This document shows, in pieces, positions 41,213 to 50,285 of a stretch of DNA of 64,000 bases. Made by a program: the position numbers and the translations under genes. Source of the stretch: an uncultured Lentisphaeria bacterium (GTDB taxonomy: Bacteria; Fidelibacterota; UBA8477; JABMPR01); contig CAZDVD010000005.1 of assembly GCA_964508765.1 (NCBI GenBank), positions 32,357 to 96,356 of the forward strand, in the 5' to 3' direction. Positions within the stretch are counted from its first letter, which is position 1, and each line of letters begins with the position of its first letter. The notes under the pieces are model-generated. The model made no database searches, had not been told where the DNA came from, and saw only the letters and a list, made by a program, of their open reading frames with translations.

Positions 41213-42508
41213 ATGAAGGCAATCCTTTCAGTTTTTTTCCTATTTGTTTTTTTTAGCGATATCACAGCTCAAGAAAGCGACACCCTACAAAACCAATCTA
41301 CTTACCGCCGAGCTTGGGATGCAGCTATTGAAAATGGCAAGATCACCCCGGAAGAGCGTGCTCTTCTGGATATCATGGTGGAATCTCTGCTCTTGTCTGC
41401 AGACAGCAGCAGTGTCTGGGAGCAGCGTTGGATGCCCAGATTTGATAAACCGCTGGATCAGTCAGGTCGCTGGCCACTGGTATTGCAGAACATTGCCATC
41501 GGTTCAGGTTTGTATGGTTGGGGTATACCGTATGTACTCCATGCGGAAAATGACCGCTGGTTTGTGGGTGGAGTGATGGTATCAGCCGGAGGAGCCTTTT
41601 ATCTCACATATAAATACACCAGGGATATGGAAATGACCCACGCCCGTACCCAGATGATGCGTTATGGCTCTTTGCTCGGTCTGCGTTATGGTGCAGGTTT
41701 AAATCAATTATTGGATCTGGATAGTGGAGATGGGGAGAAAACAGAGACACTCTGGGTGTGGATGCTCATGGCTTCTGTCCCAGCAGGGCATTACGGAGGA
41801 GAATATCTATTTGATAAATATGATCCCACCAATGGGCAGGCCTGGGCCTGGACCATGTGGACAGGTGTGACTGGTGTGACAGCCCGGTTGATTTATAACG
41901 TGATCAATGAAGCACCCGATAACACCTATGGTGTTGAATATGACAAATGGGAAAAAAATAGAACGGCTATAGAGCTGTTATCATATCCTCTGGGTGTTTA
42001 TTATGGGTATCGGCTGACCCATGAAAAGCAATATACCTTTGGGGATGCCCTCATGTTGATTCAGGGCTGGGGTTATGGATATTTTAACACCATGATGCTC
42101 CAATCCATTCTTTTTGATAGTGGAGACGATGATACTTTCTTAATGGTGGCAGGTCTGGGAGCTGCGGGAAGTGCCCTTGCATATGATCATTATATCCAGC
42201 ATGATGACTTCACCTTCGGTCAATCCACCCTCATGTTACTGGGTTCGGCTTCAGGGACATTTTTTGGTTTTGGAACAGCCATTTTGCTGGATGTGACAGA
42301 TAAGGAACCCATGTTGACCATGGCTCTGGCTGGCTATGGGGCGGGGACCTGGTTTACGAGGAAAATCCTGGATGTCAAAGCAGATGGTTCTCTGGCGCAG
42401 CATTCTTCAACGCAGATGTCTTTATCACCCACAATAATACCCAGTCTGGGTTCTGATGAGAAGGTCACTCTCATCCCAGGAATTGGATTGAACATCACTT
42501 TCAAATAG
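41213..42508 (+). CDS. hypothetical exported membrane protein, Gly/aromatic-rich helical repeats
   Basis: 431-aa ORF with RBS, signal peptide and repeated hydrophobic segments; no family recognised. Confidence 0.75.
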   Translation: MKAILSVFFLFVFFSDITAQESDTLQNQSTYRRAWDAAIENGKITPEERALLDIMVESLLLSADSSSVWEQRWMPRFDKPLDQSGRWPLVLQNIAIGSGLYGWGIPYVLHAENDRWFVGGVMVSAGGAFYLTYKYTRDMEMTHARTQMMRYGSLLGLRYGAGLNQLLDLDSGDGEKTETLWVWMLMASVPAGHYGGEYLFDKYDPTNGQAWAWTMWTGVTGVTARLIYNVINEAPDNTYGVEYDKWEKNRTAIELLSYPLGVYYGYRLTHEKQYTFGDALMLIQGWGYGYFNTMMLQSILFDSGDDDTFLMVAGLGAAGSALAYDHYIQHDDFTFGQSTLMLLGSASGTFFGFGTAILLDVTDKEPMLTMALAGYGAGTWFTRKILDVKADGSLAQHSSTQMSLSPTIIPSLGSDEKVTLIPGIGLNITFK

Positions 42509-42551
42509 AGATTCCCATATATAGACTAATAAGATCATCCTAAATTGAGGG

Positions 42552-43646
42552 ATGCTTAACCCCCAGCCCTATACCAATAAACCACGCGCCATCATTCATC
42601 TGGATCTTGATGCCTTCTTTTGTTCAGTGGAAGTTTTGAGGGACCCTTCTCTGGAGGGAAAGCCCGTGGTCGTTGGGGGTCGGAGTGAAAACAGAGGGGT
42701 TGTGGCTGCAGCATCATATCCCGCCAGGAAATATGGCATCCACTCCGCTATGCCCATGATTGAAGCCATTCGGAGATGCAAAGATCTGGTGGTGATCTCT
42801 TCCCAGCATGGATTGTATCGCATGTATTCAAAGGTAATCATGGGTATTTTGAGGGCCGCATCTCCCATTATCCAGCAGGTCAGTATAGATGAGGCCTACT
42901 TGGATCTTAGTGATGAAGTAAATCACTGGATCGAAGCCACGGACGTTGCCCGTAAGATTCAGTTGAGAATATCAAGAGATATTGGTTTATCAGCTTCAGT
43001 GGGTGTGGCAACCAATAAAATGATTGCAAAAATTGCCTCTGATTTTCAAAAGCCCAATGGACTCACGGTGGTTCCTCCTGGAATGGAAATCGACTTCCTG
43101 AATCCACTTCCCGTGAAAAAGATTCCCGGAATTGGCCCAAAAGCCAATGAGCGTCTCGCCAAATATGGGATCTACACAGTTGCTGATATGTCAGTCATCA
43201 AAGAGGATGTTCTGAAACAAAGATTCGGCAAGCTGGGCGAGGCTATGAGCAGGTGGTCCAGGGGAATTGACGATCGACCTGTACATGAGGATCATGAAAC
43301 CAAGTCTATCAGCACGGAAAGAACCTTTTCCAAGAATATTGAAGATCAGACCGAGCTATTGGAAATTGTAGAAAAATTGAGTTTCAAGGTAGGGGAGCAG
43401 CTCAAAAAGAAAAAATTTATGGCCGCAACCATTACCCTTAAACTTCGCTACGCTGATTTTACTACATATACTCGTCAGCACACCGTTCTTGAACCCCTAG
43501 ATGATGGTCTTGAAATTTTCAGAATTGCCAGAAAATTATTGGTCAAAAATTGGATGCCCGGTGAGCCCGTTCGGCTTCTGGGTGTGGGTGGTTCACACTT
43601 TAGCGAACCCCACGGACAAATGTCTCTATCATTTGATGAAATATAA
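42552..43646 (+). CDS. dinB: DNA polymerase IV
   Basis: IIHLDLDAFFCSVE, RGVVAAASY, SIDEAYLD, AKIASDFQKPNG, VRLLGV. Confidence 0.96.
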   Translation: MLNPQPYTNKPRAIIHLDLDAFFCSVEVLRDPSLEGKPVVVGGRSENRGVVAAASYPARKYGIHSAMPMIEAIRRCKDLVVISSQHGLYRMYSKVIMGILRAASPIIQQVSIDEAYLDLSDEVNHWIEATDVARKIQLRISRDIGLSASVGVATNKMIAKIASDFQKPNGLTVVPPGMEIDFLNPLPVKKIPGIGPKANERLAKYGIYTVADMSVIKEDVLKQRFGKLGEAMSRWSRGIDDRPVHEDHETKSISTERTFSKNIEDQTELLEIVEKLSFKVGEQLKKKKFMAATITLKLRYADFTTYTRQHTVLEPLDDGLEIFRIARKLLVKNWMPGEPVRLLGVGGSHFSEPHGQMSLSFDEI

Positions 43647-43729
43647 AACACTTACCTTTCACCCTTAAAAGAGTAATCCAAGAAAGTCACTCGTTGTTAA
43701 ATATCAACTAATGCTTTATTTTGGCTTCC

Positions 43730-43963
43730 ATGAATTCACGCGAAGCATTGAATCGGATATATACTTTTTATAGAGATGGATTTAGGCAAATGACGCTTGG
43801 TCGCAGCCTCTGGAAGATCATTATCGTTAAATTGGTGATTATCTTATTCATTCTAAAAATCTTTTTCTTCCCCAATTATTTAAAAAATAATTTTGATACT
43901 GATGCGGCACGATCGGATCATGTCATCAATGAATTAACCACGAGACAAGTCCATTCCCAATAA
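43730..43963 (+). CDS. DUF4492 family small membrane protein (cyd operon)
   Basis: FYRDGFRQMTLGRSLW...KL...LKIFFFP motif immediately upstream of cydA. Confidence 0.85.
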   Translation: MNSREALNRIYTFYRDGFRQMTLGRSLWKIIIVKLVIILFILKIFFFPNYLKNNFDTDAARSDHVINELTTRQVHSQ

Positions 43964-43979
43964 ATTGAAGCAGAGGTAA

Positions 43980-45518
43980 ATGATGGTTGAAACAATAGAT
44001 ATAGGTATGGTAAACTGGTCAAGAGCATTGTTCGCTTTGACTGCCATGTATCACTGGATCTTTGCACCCCTGACGTTGGGGCTTTCCTGGATCATCGCAT
44101 TTTATGAAACCATTTATTATCGGACAGGGGATGAATCCTGGAGAAAACTAACAAAATTCTGGATGAAACTTTTCGGAATAAATTTTGCCATCGGCGTTGC
44201 TACTGGAATTATCCTTGAATTTGAATTTGGTACGAATTGGTCAAATTATTCATGGATGGTGGGTGACATTTTTGGGGCTCCTCTGGCCATTGAAGGTATC
44301 GCAGCATTTTTCTTGGAGTCAACATTTTTTGCAGTCATGTTTTTTGGTTGGAATCGTGTTTCTAAAAGATTTCACCTTGTCTCTACCTATATGGTGGCTA
44401 TTGGTTCAAATCTTTCTGCTTTGTGGATTCTGGTAGCAAATGCCTGGATGCAATATCCTGTGGGGATGACCTTTAACCCTGATACAGCCAGATTTGAAAT
44501 GCAGGATATTATGGCTGTTATTTTTTCGCCAGTCGCCATTTCAAAGTTTACCCATACAACGAGTTCCAGTTTTCTGTTTGCCTCACTTTTTGTCGTGTCA
44601 GTATCCTCATGGTATTTGTTGAAACAGCGTCACCTTAAAATGGCAAAGCGTTCTATTCTCGTCGCCAGCGTATTTGGATTGGTCGCTTCGCTTTATGTCG
44701 TTTTTACTGGAGATGAAGCTGCTTTCCAGGATGCGAGGCACCAACCTATGAAACTGGCTGCATTTGAAGCTCATTATGTGGGGGACAGTCCTTCAGGTCT
44801 TATTGCCTTTGGTATTATGAATCCCAATAAGGAATTACGGGATGATCGAAATGCATTCTACCTGAAAGTAAAATTTCCTAGAATGCTTTCGCTTTTGGCC
44901 AAACGTACTTTTGATGGATATGTGCCTGGTTTGGAGGACCTGATTTATGGTAATCCCAACGAGGGGATCATGGGCGCGGTGCAAAAGATGAAGAGGGGCA
45001 AAATTGCTGTGGCCAGTTTGGCTGATTATAAGGCTGCAAAATTAAATGATGATATTTTGGCGTCTAAAAATGCACTTGAGACGTTTAGAGCTCATGAAGC
45101 CTATTTTGGATATGGCTTTTTTGAGCAACCAGAGCAGGCACTTCCCTCTGTTGGGATCATGTTCTACAGCTTTCATATTATGGCGGGGTTGGGTTTTTTA
45201 TTCATTTTAATATTTATTTTGTTCATTGTTTTCGGGTTCAAAGACAAACTATCACAGACGGGGTGGCTCCTCAAACTTGGGGTGCCCCTCTTCTTTCTGG
45301 GATTTATAGCCCAGGAGGCTGGGTGGCTGGTTGCAGAAGTTGGTAGACAACCCTGGGCTATCCAGAGCATGCTACCCGTTAGCATTGCTCGTACAAATCT
45401 GGACTCAGGAACAGTCGCAGCGACCTTTTTTATTTTCCTTGGCTTATTTACTATTTTACTCATTGCTGAGATAAAAATAATGCTCACACAAATACAGCAC
45501 GGACCCGAGGAGGTGTAA
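43980..45518 (+). CDS. cydA: cytochrome bd ubiquinol oxidase subunit I
   Basis: TAMYHWIF, FEFGTNW, FFLESTF, QPMKLAA, FHIMAGLG, AEVGRQPW. Confidence 0.97.
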   Translation: MMVETIDIGMVNWSRALFALTAMYHWIFAPLTLGLSWIIAFYETIYYRTGDESWRKLTKFWMKLFGINFAIGVATGIILEFEFGTNWSNYSWMVGDIFGAPLAIEGIAAFFLESTFFAVMFFGWNRVSKRFHLVSTYMVAIGSNLSALWILVANAWMQYPVGMTFNPDTARFEMQDIMAVIFSPVAISKFTHTTSSSFLFASLFVVSVSSWYLLKQRHLKMAKRSILVASVFGLVASLYVVFTGDEAAFQDARHQPMKLAAFEAHYVGDSPSGLIAFGIMNPNKELRDDRNAFYLKVKFPRMLSLLAKRTFDGYVPGLEDLIYGNPNEGIMGAVQKMKRGKIAVASLADYKAAKLNDDILASKNALETFRAHEAYFGYGFFEQPEQALPSVGIMFYSFHIMAGLGFLFILIFILFIVFGFKDKLSQTGWLLKLGVPLFFLGFIAQEAGWLVAEVGRQPWAIQSMLPVSIARTNLDSGTVAATFFIFLGLFTILLIAEIKIMLTQIQHGPEEV

Positions 45519-45519
45519 G

Positions 45520-46650
45520 ATGATCGGCAGTCTTGATTTATCGACATTACAGGCGATCTGGTGGTTACTGGTGTCTGTCATTGGAGCCCTCTTTTTGTTT
45601 CTCCAATTTGTTCAAGGAGGCCAAACGCTTCTGCTTGACGTGGCTAAAACAGAAGATGAGAAGACTTTGATTGTAAACTCACTAGGAGTTAAATGGGAAT
45701 TAACCTTTACCACGTTGGTGCTATTTGGCGGGGCCATATTTGCAGCATTTCCCAAATTATATGCCACCAGTTTTGGTGGGGCATATTGGGTATGGATTGC
45801 GATTCTCTTGACCTTTGTGATACAGGCAGTAAGCTATGAATATCGCAAAAAGCCCAATAACCTTTTGGGTCAAAAAGGATATGAGATATTTTTATTCATA
45901 AATGGCTCTGTGGGAGTGTTGCTAATAGGTGCTGCAGTGGGGACATTTTTTACCGGTGCAAATTTTGAATTAAATGAATACAATTTCGTCACTTGGACCC
46001 ATCCCCTGAGAGGTTTGGAAGCCGCTTTCAATTATTTCAATATTTCTCTGGGACTGTTTCTCGTATTTAATGCTCGTGTGTTGGGGTCTCTCTACCTTCT
46101 CAATAATATTGATTTTAATTCTGCTCCCGATCTTGAAAAGAGGCTCCGTCAATCAACAGGCATGAATTTTCTCATTGAATTTGTTTTCCTGCTTATTGTG
46201 CTGGTAAGTTTGATTTTTATGTCCGGATATGGGGTGACTGAGGACGGGGAGATAGAAATTGTCGCCTACAAATATGCCCGAAACCTCATCGCCAACCCCA
46301 TAAATATAATCTTGCTTTTAGGAGGTCTTGGGTTGGTGATATGGAGCGTATTTATCACCAGGTTTAGGTCAGCAAACCATGGCATATGGTTTGGTGGTCT
46401 GGGGACTATTCTAGTTGGTCTGACAGTATTCTTTTTAGTGGGATATAATAATTCGTGCATTTATCCAAGCCTCACCCATCCCCAGGCTAGTCTGACGATT
46501 TACAACGCTTCCTCTACTCACTATACCTTGACAGCGATGACATATGTGGCCATGATCATACCATTTGTTTTCGCATATATCGTGTATGTCTGGCGGGCGA
46601 TGGACTTCAAAAAATTATCTTTGGATGACCTCAAAGAAAAAGCTTACTAG
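45520..46650 (+). CDS. cydB: cytochrome bd ubiquinol oxidase subunit II
   Basis: KWELTFTTLVLFGGAIFAAFP, SLTIYNASS, multiple TM helices. Confidence 0.95.
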   Translation: MIGSLDLSTLQAIWWLLVSVIGALFLFLQFVQGGQTLLLDVAKTEDEKTLIVNSLGVKWELTFTTLVLFGGAIFAAFPKLYATSFGGAYWVWIAILLTFVIQAVSYEYRKKPNNLLGQKGYEIFLFINGSVGVLLIGAAVGTFFTGANFELNEYNFVTWTHPLRGLEAAFNYFNISLGLFLVFNARVLGSLYLLNNIDFNSAPDLEKRLRQSTGMNFLIEFVFLLIVLVSLIFMSGYGVTEDGEIEIVAYKYARNLIANPINIILLLGGLGLVIWSVFITRFRSANHGIWFGGLGTILVGLTVFFLVGYNNSCIYPSLTHPQASLTIYNASSTHYTLTAMTYVAMIIPFVFAYIVYVWRAMDFKKLSLDDLKEKAY

Positions 46651-46663
46651 GAAGGGGGTTTAA

Positions 46664-46756
46664 ATGAATTGGGTAATAATCATTCTCTGGGTTCTATTAC
46701 TTTTTTCTTCATATAAAATTGCAGTACAACTTCTGAAGAAAATGGATCTCTATTAG
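46664..46756 (+). CDS. 30-aa single-TM peptide, probable small subunit of cytochrome bd
   Basis: MNWVIIILWVLLLFSSYKIAVQLLKKMDLY* with GAAGGGGG RBS, 13 nt after the cydB stop. Confidence 0.7.
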   Translation: MNWVIIILWVLLLFSSYKIAVQLLKKMDLY

Positions 46757-46807
46757 ATCTTTCAATGAGAACAAAATCCAAGGTTCGATGAAACGTTTAA
46801 AGTAATA

Positions 46808-47383
46808 TTATGCTTGAACCTTATTGTATCGAAAACAATCTTTAATATGGTCATTCACCATACCCACCGCTTGCATGTGGGCGTAAACCACAGTTGTGCC
46901 CATAAACTTGAATCCGCGTGATTTCAGATCTTTGGCGATGGTATTGGATAGTTCCGTACTGGCAGGAATGTCGCCCATGACTTTGAAATGATTTGTCAGG
47001 GGTTTGCCCTCAGAGAATCCCCAAAAGTAATTACAGAAACTACCAAACTCGTGGATGACTTCCAGATAGCGTTGAGCATTGTTAATCGTTGCTCTGATCT
47101 TGAGCTGATTTCTGACGATCCCCTTATCCTGCAAGAGAGACTGCACTTTTGCCTCATCAAAGAGCGCCACTTTGCTAAAATCAAAATCGTCAAAAGCCTG
47201 ACGAAAATTATCGCGCTTATTGAGAATGATCTCCCAACTGAGACCAGCCTGGAAAGACTCTAGAACCAGAAACTCAAACATTTCCAGATCATCTCGAACA
47301 GGAACACCCCATTCTTCGTCATGATACTTCACATAAGTTGGCTTATTAAGAGGCACCCACTCACAACGGATTTTTTCAGTCAT
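46808..47383 (-). CDS. tag: DNA-3-methyladenine glycosylase I
   Basis: RCEW, YHDEEWG, LESFQAGLSW, IVRNQLKI, QAVGMVNDH. Confidence 0.96.
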   Translation of the reverse strand: MTEKIRCEWVPLNKPTYVKYHDEEWGVPVRDDLEMFEFLVLESFQAGLSWEIILNKRDNFRQAFDDFDFSKVALFDEAKVQSLLQDKGIVRNQLKIRATINNAQRYLEVIHEFGSFCNYFWGFSEGKPLTNHFKVMGDIPASTELSNTIAKDLKSRGFKFMGTTVVYAHMQAVGMVNDHIKDCFRYNKVQA

Positions 47384-47408
47384 AAGGGTCTGTTTCCGAT
47401 CTTTGAGG

Positions 47409-50273
47409 CTATTTTAGTAGAATAACTTTTTTCGTTTGTACAATATTGCCAGACTGAATCTGGATCAAATACAATCCCCCCGACAATCCATCCGCATGAA
47501 ATGGAATTTGCCATTGACCTGGTGCGTAGATCTGATTGCAAAGTTGAGAGACAAAGCGTCCCTGGATATCGAAGACATTCAATTCAATATGACCCTGCTC
47601 AGGCAATTCAAAACCAATCTGAGTCGTGCTATTGAATGGCGAGGGGAAAGGATCCAGTAGTCTCACTGATACTGGAAGATTCTGTGTTTCAGAACTCAAG
47701 AGCGTCGATAGATCAAAATAGGATAGGATTGACGTGGTCAATGCCAGTTGTTGATCTTCAATGAAAATGGTTTCAAAAGGAATCCCCAGGAGTACAACCT
47801 GACCTTCACTTGTCCCGTTACCAAAGACTCCAGTATAGGCGGTGGCAGCGATCATGTTGTTGGCATATCTTAAAACCGCTTGAGATCCCCCTGTGGCCTG
47901 GAAAGCGTCAGGATTGTTTTCTTCATATACCCCGTCATTGCCATCATCATATTGCAGAGTTACTCCTTCAAAGACCGACCCCGCCACACCATGAATGGTA
48001 TAGCTGTCAGAATCATCTGAACTATAGATCGCCTTGAGATAGTTATGGAGAAATGATTCATCTCTATCGGTCCCCTGTGATTCTAAGTCGTAAGCAATTT
48101 CTGAACCCGTGGCGAAAATTTTTCCACCCCCTACAAGATAAGCTTCAATGAGATCCTGCTCTTGATCTGAAAACGTTTCGTGGGTCACACTCTCGTCACC
48201 CAGTAGCCAGAATACTGCTGTGTAATCAGTCAGGTTAACGGAGCCCGACAGCACGGCATCATTGTCAGCTGTTTCATAGGAATAGTTGAAATGTCCCAGC
48301 GATTTGGCCATATCAAGTGCAAACTCGTGATAGGGAAAAGGGTAGCTCCCCGTGTTGCGATCAAAGCCATCAACAATGAGTAGACCTTCGGTTGATTCCT
48401 TTTTGGCATGGGCGTAAGCATCTGAGGGATAACTCTCGGTAGGAGGGTCATCATTGCTCACAGAGCGCAATTGCCAGGCCAGTGATAAATCACTTGATGG
48501 AAGCGCAATGGATGTTTGTTGAACAGGCAAAAGACCATTTTCCAGAGCTTCCCACGCTTCTGCCTGGAAAATATCTTTCTGATAAACCTGAACCCCTTGA
48601 ATTCCCGTAGTATCTGCTAGAACCCATGAGATTTGTGTGCTATCAGTGTCAATTACGCTGCTCATCACAGGTTGATCAATGGTGGCCGGCATCCCTTCCA
48701 TGTTAATGTAATAGCGTGGTTGGTAGGCAGCGAGTTGACTGATAGAATAGGATTGATAATGGGTAATCCAACCACCACCAGCTTCCACAGAGAGAATGGT
48801 CCCATTGGTGTTCCACAACACGGCGAGACGAACATGACCGACTTTATGAATAGCATCTCCAGGTCGCAGATCATACCAGGAATCCAGAGGTTGAGTGATG
48901 AGAGGTTGGGTGTTACTCATCATCCAGGTGGAATAATGTTGGGGCATATTCCAGCAGCGCGACACAAAACCGGAGCAGTCCACACCAACGGCATAAGAGC
49001 TGACCTCGGAAGTCTCTATATCTCCTGCATACTTACCATTGGCCAGGCCGGTTACATAACCATCAATTGTGGAGAACCCACCCCATTGGTAAGCCATGCG
49101 TTGATTTTGACCGATCTGTATCCAGGTAGGTGTTTGAATGGCATGTCCAGCAGGATCATCGATGACACCATCGGTAAGATTCTCGGAACCAGCCGTCCAA
49201 ATCAGAGCCACATATTCATCAGCGGTTATGAGAGACTCTTCACGACCCACTGGAGGGAAGTCCAGGCGATCAATTTCTATTGTGCCAGGTTCTTTTTCAT
49301 CAGCATCATTTCCCTGGAGACCTCGGTGATCTCCCCTAAATGGTCTGGGTTGAGTGTTTTGGAATTCTACAGGAAGTGAAAACCTTGTGAGGGAGGATTG
49401 ATCCAGACTGGAAAGATCCCACTTTAATAGATGTAATCCATCATCTCGTGTGAACATGCCAAAGAGAACCCCATCTTTATTTACCTGGAACTCTCGTGTG
49501 ACAGGAACATGTTGAGTTGCTGGAACATCCAGGATTGAAAGTGTTTTTCCCGTTCTGTCAAGTACGTGAACCTCTCGTCGAAGCTGTAAGGGATTCTGCT
49601 CCAGAATGGTTTCCAGCAGGAGGTAGTGATGACCATTGTCACTGGATCCCAGATACTGACCAGAGCCCCAGATACCCCTGGAGGGTTGGAATGATGATAA
49701 CTGGACATCGTTCAGATAGAAAGCCATCCCTGAACTGGATTGTCTCACAAGATGACCATATTCCCCTTGAAGATTGATTGATCCAATCTCAGTGTCTTGG
49801 CCTGATTGATGAGGAATCAAGGTCTCCGATAGACCGAGAGAGATGGCTAGCGTATTTTGGTTTGCCCTTAATAAATGACTGTTAGGTCGCATATTATTGG
49901 TATTTACCCAGACAATTGACTCATTCCCATCGATATATTCATATATTTGCCTGTTATCCATGATGTACTGAAGATCACCTGAAGGGGTTAGTTGAAAGTC
50001 CAGTGCCTGAACTTGGTCAGTTATATACTCAATATTGAGTACTTGCTCTGAATATTTGAGTATTTGCCCAGAGTATGAGGTAAGCAGGTAGGCATTTTTA
50101 CCAATTACCTGGAATGATTCCACACTTTCCCATCCAAAAGGTGTTTCTGTCAATTTGAGCTGCCTATTTCCATCACCCCAGGGAAGGAAAAGTATCTCAG
50201 CGGGGGAGTTAGCAGCGAGGAGTGTCTGAAAGAGTATCTGCAGGAGGAACGTGGTGGTGATGATTTTTTTCAT
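47409..50273 (-). CDS. large secreted protein with NlpC/P60-like domain and C-terminal T9SS-like sorting domain
   Basis: Signal peptide; YQWGG...GVDCSGFVSRCW...PGDAIHKVGHV; FPSPFNS...SGGLY...TKKVILLK. Confidence 0.75.
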   Translation of the reverse strand: MKKIITTTFLLQILFQTLLAANSPAEILFLPWGDGNRQLKLTETPFGWESVESFQVIGKNAYLLTSYSGQILKYSEQVLNIEYITDQVQALDFQLTPSGDLQYIMDNRQIYEYIDGNESIVWVNTNNMRPNSHLLRANQNTLAISLGLSETLIPHQSGQDTEIGSINLQGEYGHLVRQSSSGMAFYLNDVQLSSFQPSRGIWGSGQYLGSSDNGHHYLLLETILEQNPLQLRREVHVLDRTGKTLSILDVPATQHVPVTREFQVNKDGVLFGMFTRDDGLHLLKWDLSSLDQSSLTRFSLPVEFQNTQPRPFRGDHRGLQGNDADEKEPGTIEIDRLDFPPVGREESLITADEYVALIWTAGSENLTDGVIDDPAGHAIQTPTWIQIGQNQRMAYQWGGFSTIDGYVTGLANGKYAGDIETSEVSSYAVGVDCSGFVSRCWNMPQHYSTWMMSNTQPLITQPLDSWYDLRPGDAIHKVGHVRLAVLWNTNGTILSVEAGGGWITHYQSYSISQLAAYQPRYYINMEGMPATIDQPVMSSVIDTDSTQISWVLADTTGIQGVQVYQKDIFQAEAWEALENGLLPVQQTSIALPSSDLSLAWQLRSVSNDDPPTESYPSDAYAHAKKESTEGLLIVDGFDRNTGSYPFPYHEFALDMAKSLGHFNYSYETADNDAVLSGSVNLTDYTAVFWLLGDESVTHETFSDQEQDLIEAYLVGGGKIFATGSEIAYDLESQGTDRDESFLHNYLKAIYSSDDSDSYTIHGVAGSVFEGVTLQYDDGNDGVYEENNPDAFQATGGSQAVLRYANNMIAATAYTGVFGNGTSEGQVVLLGIPFETIFIEDQQLALTTSILSYFDLSTLLSSETQNLPVSVRLLDPFPSPFNSTTQIGFELPEQGHIELNVFDIQGRFVSQLCNQIYAPGQWQIPFHADGLSGGLYLIQIQSGNIVQTKKVILLK

Positions 50274-50285
50274 TCGTTTATTAGA

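Noticed and set aside
37691-47383. alkD, dinB and tag as a co-regulated DNA-repair island
   Set aside because: They are separated by unrelated genes and lie on different strands; no shared SOS-like box was found upstream.
48633-49379. 248-aa plus-strand ORF (also 51804-52454)
   Set aside because: Antisense shadows of long, well-supported minus-strand genes.
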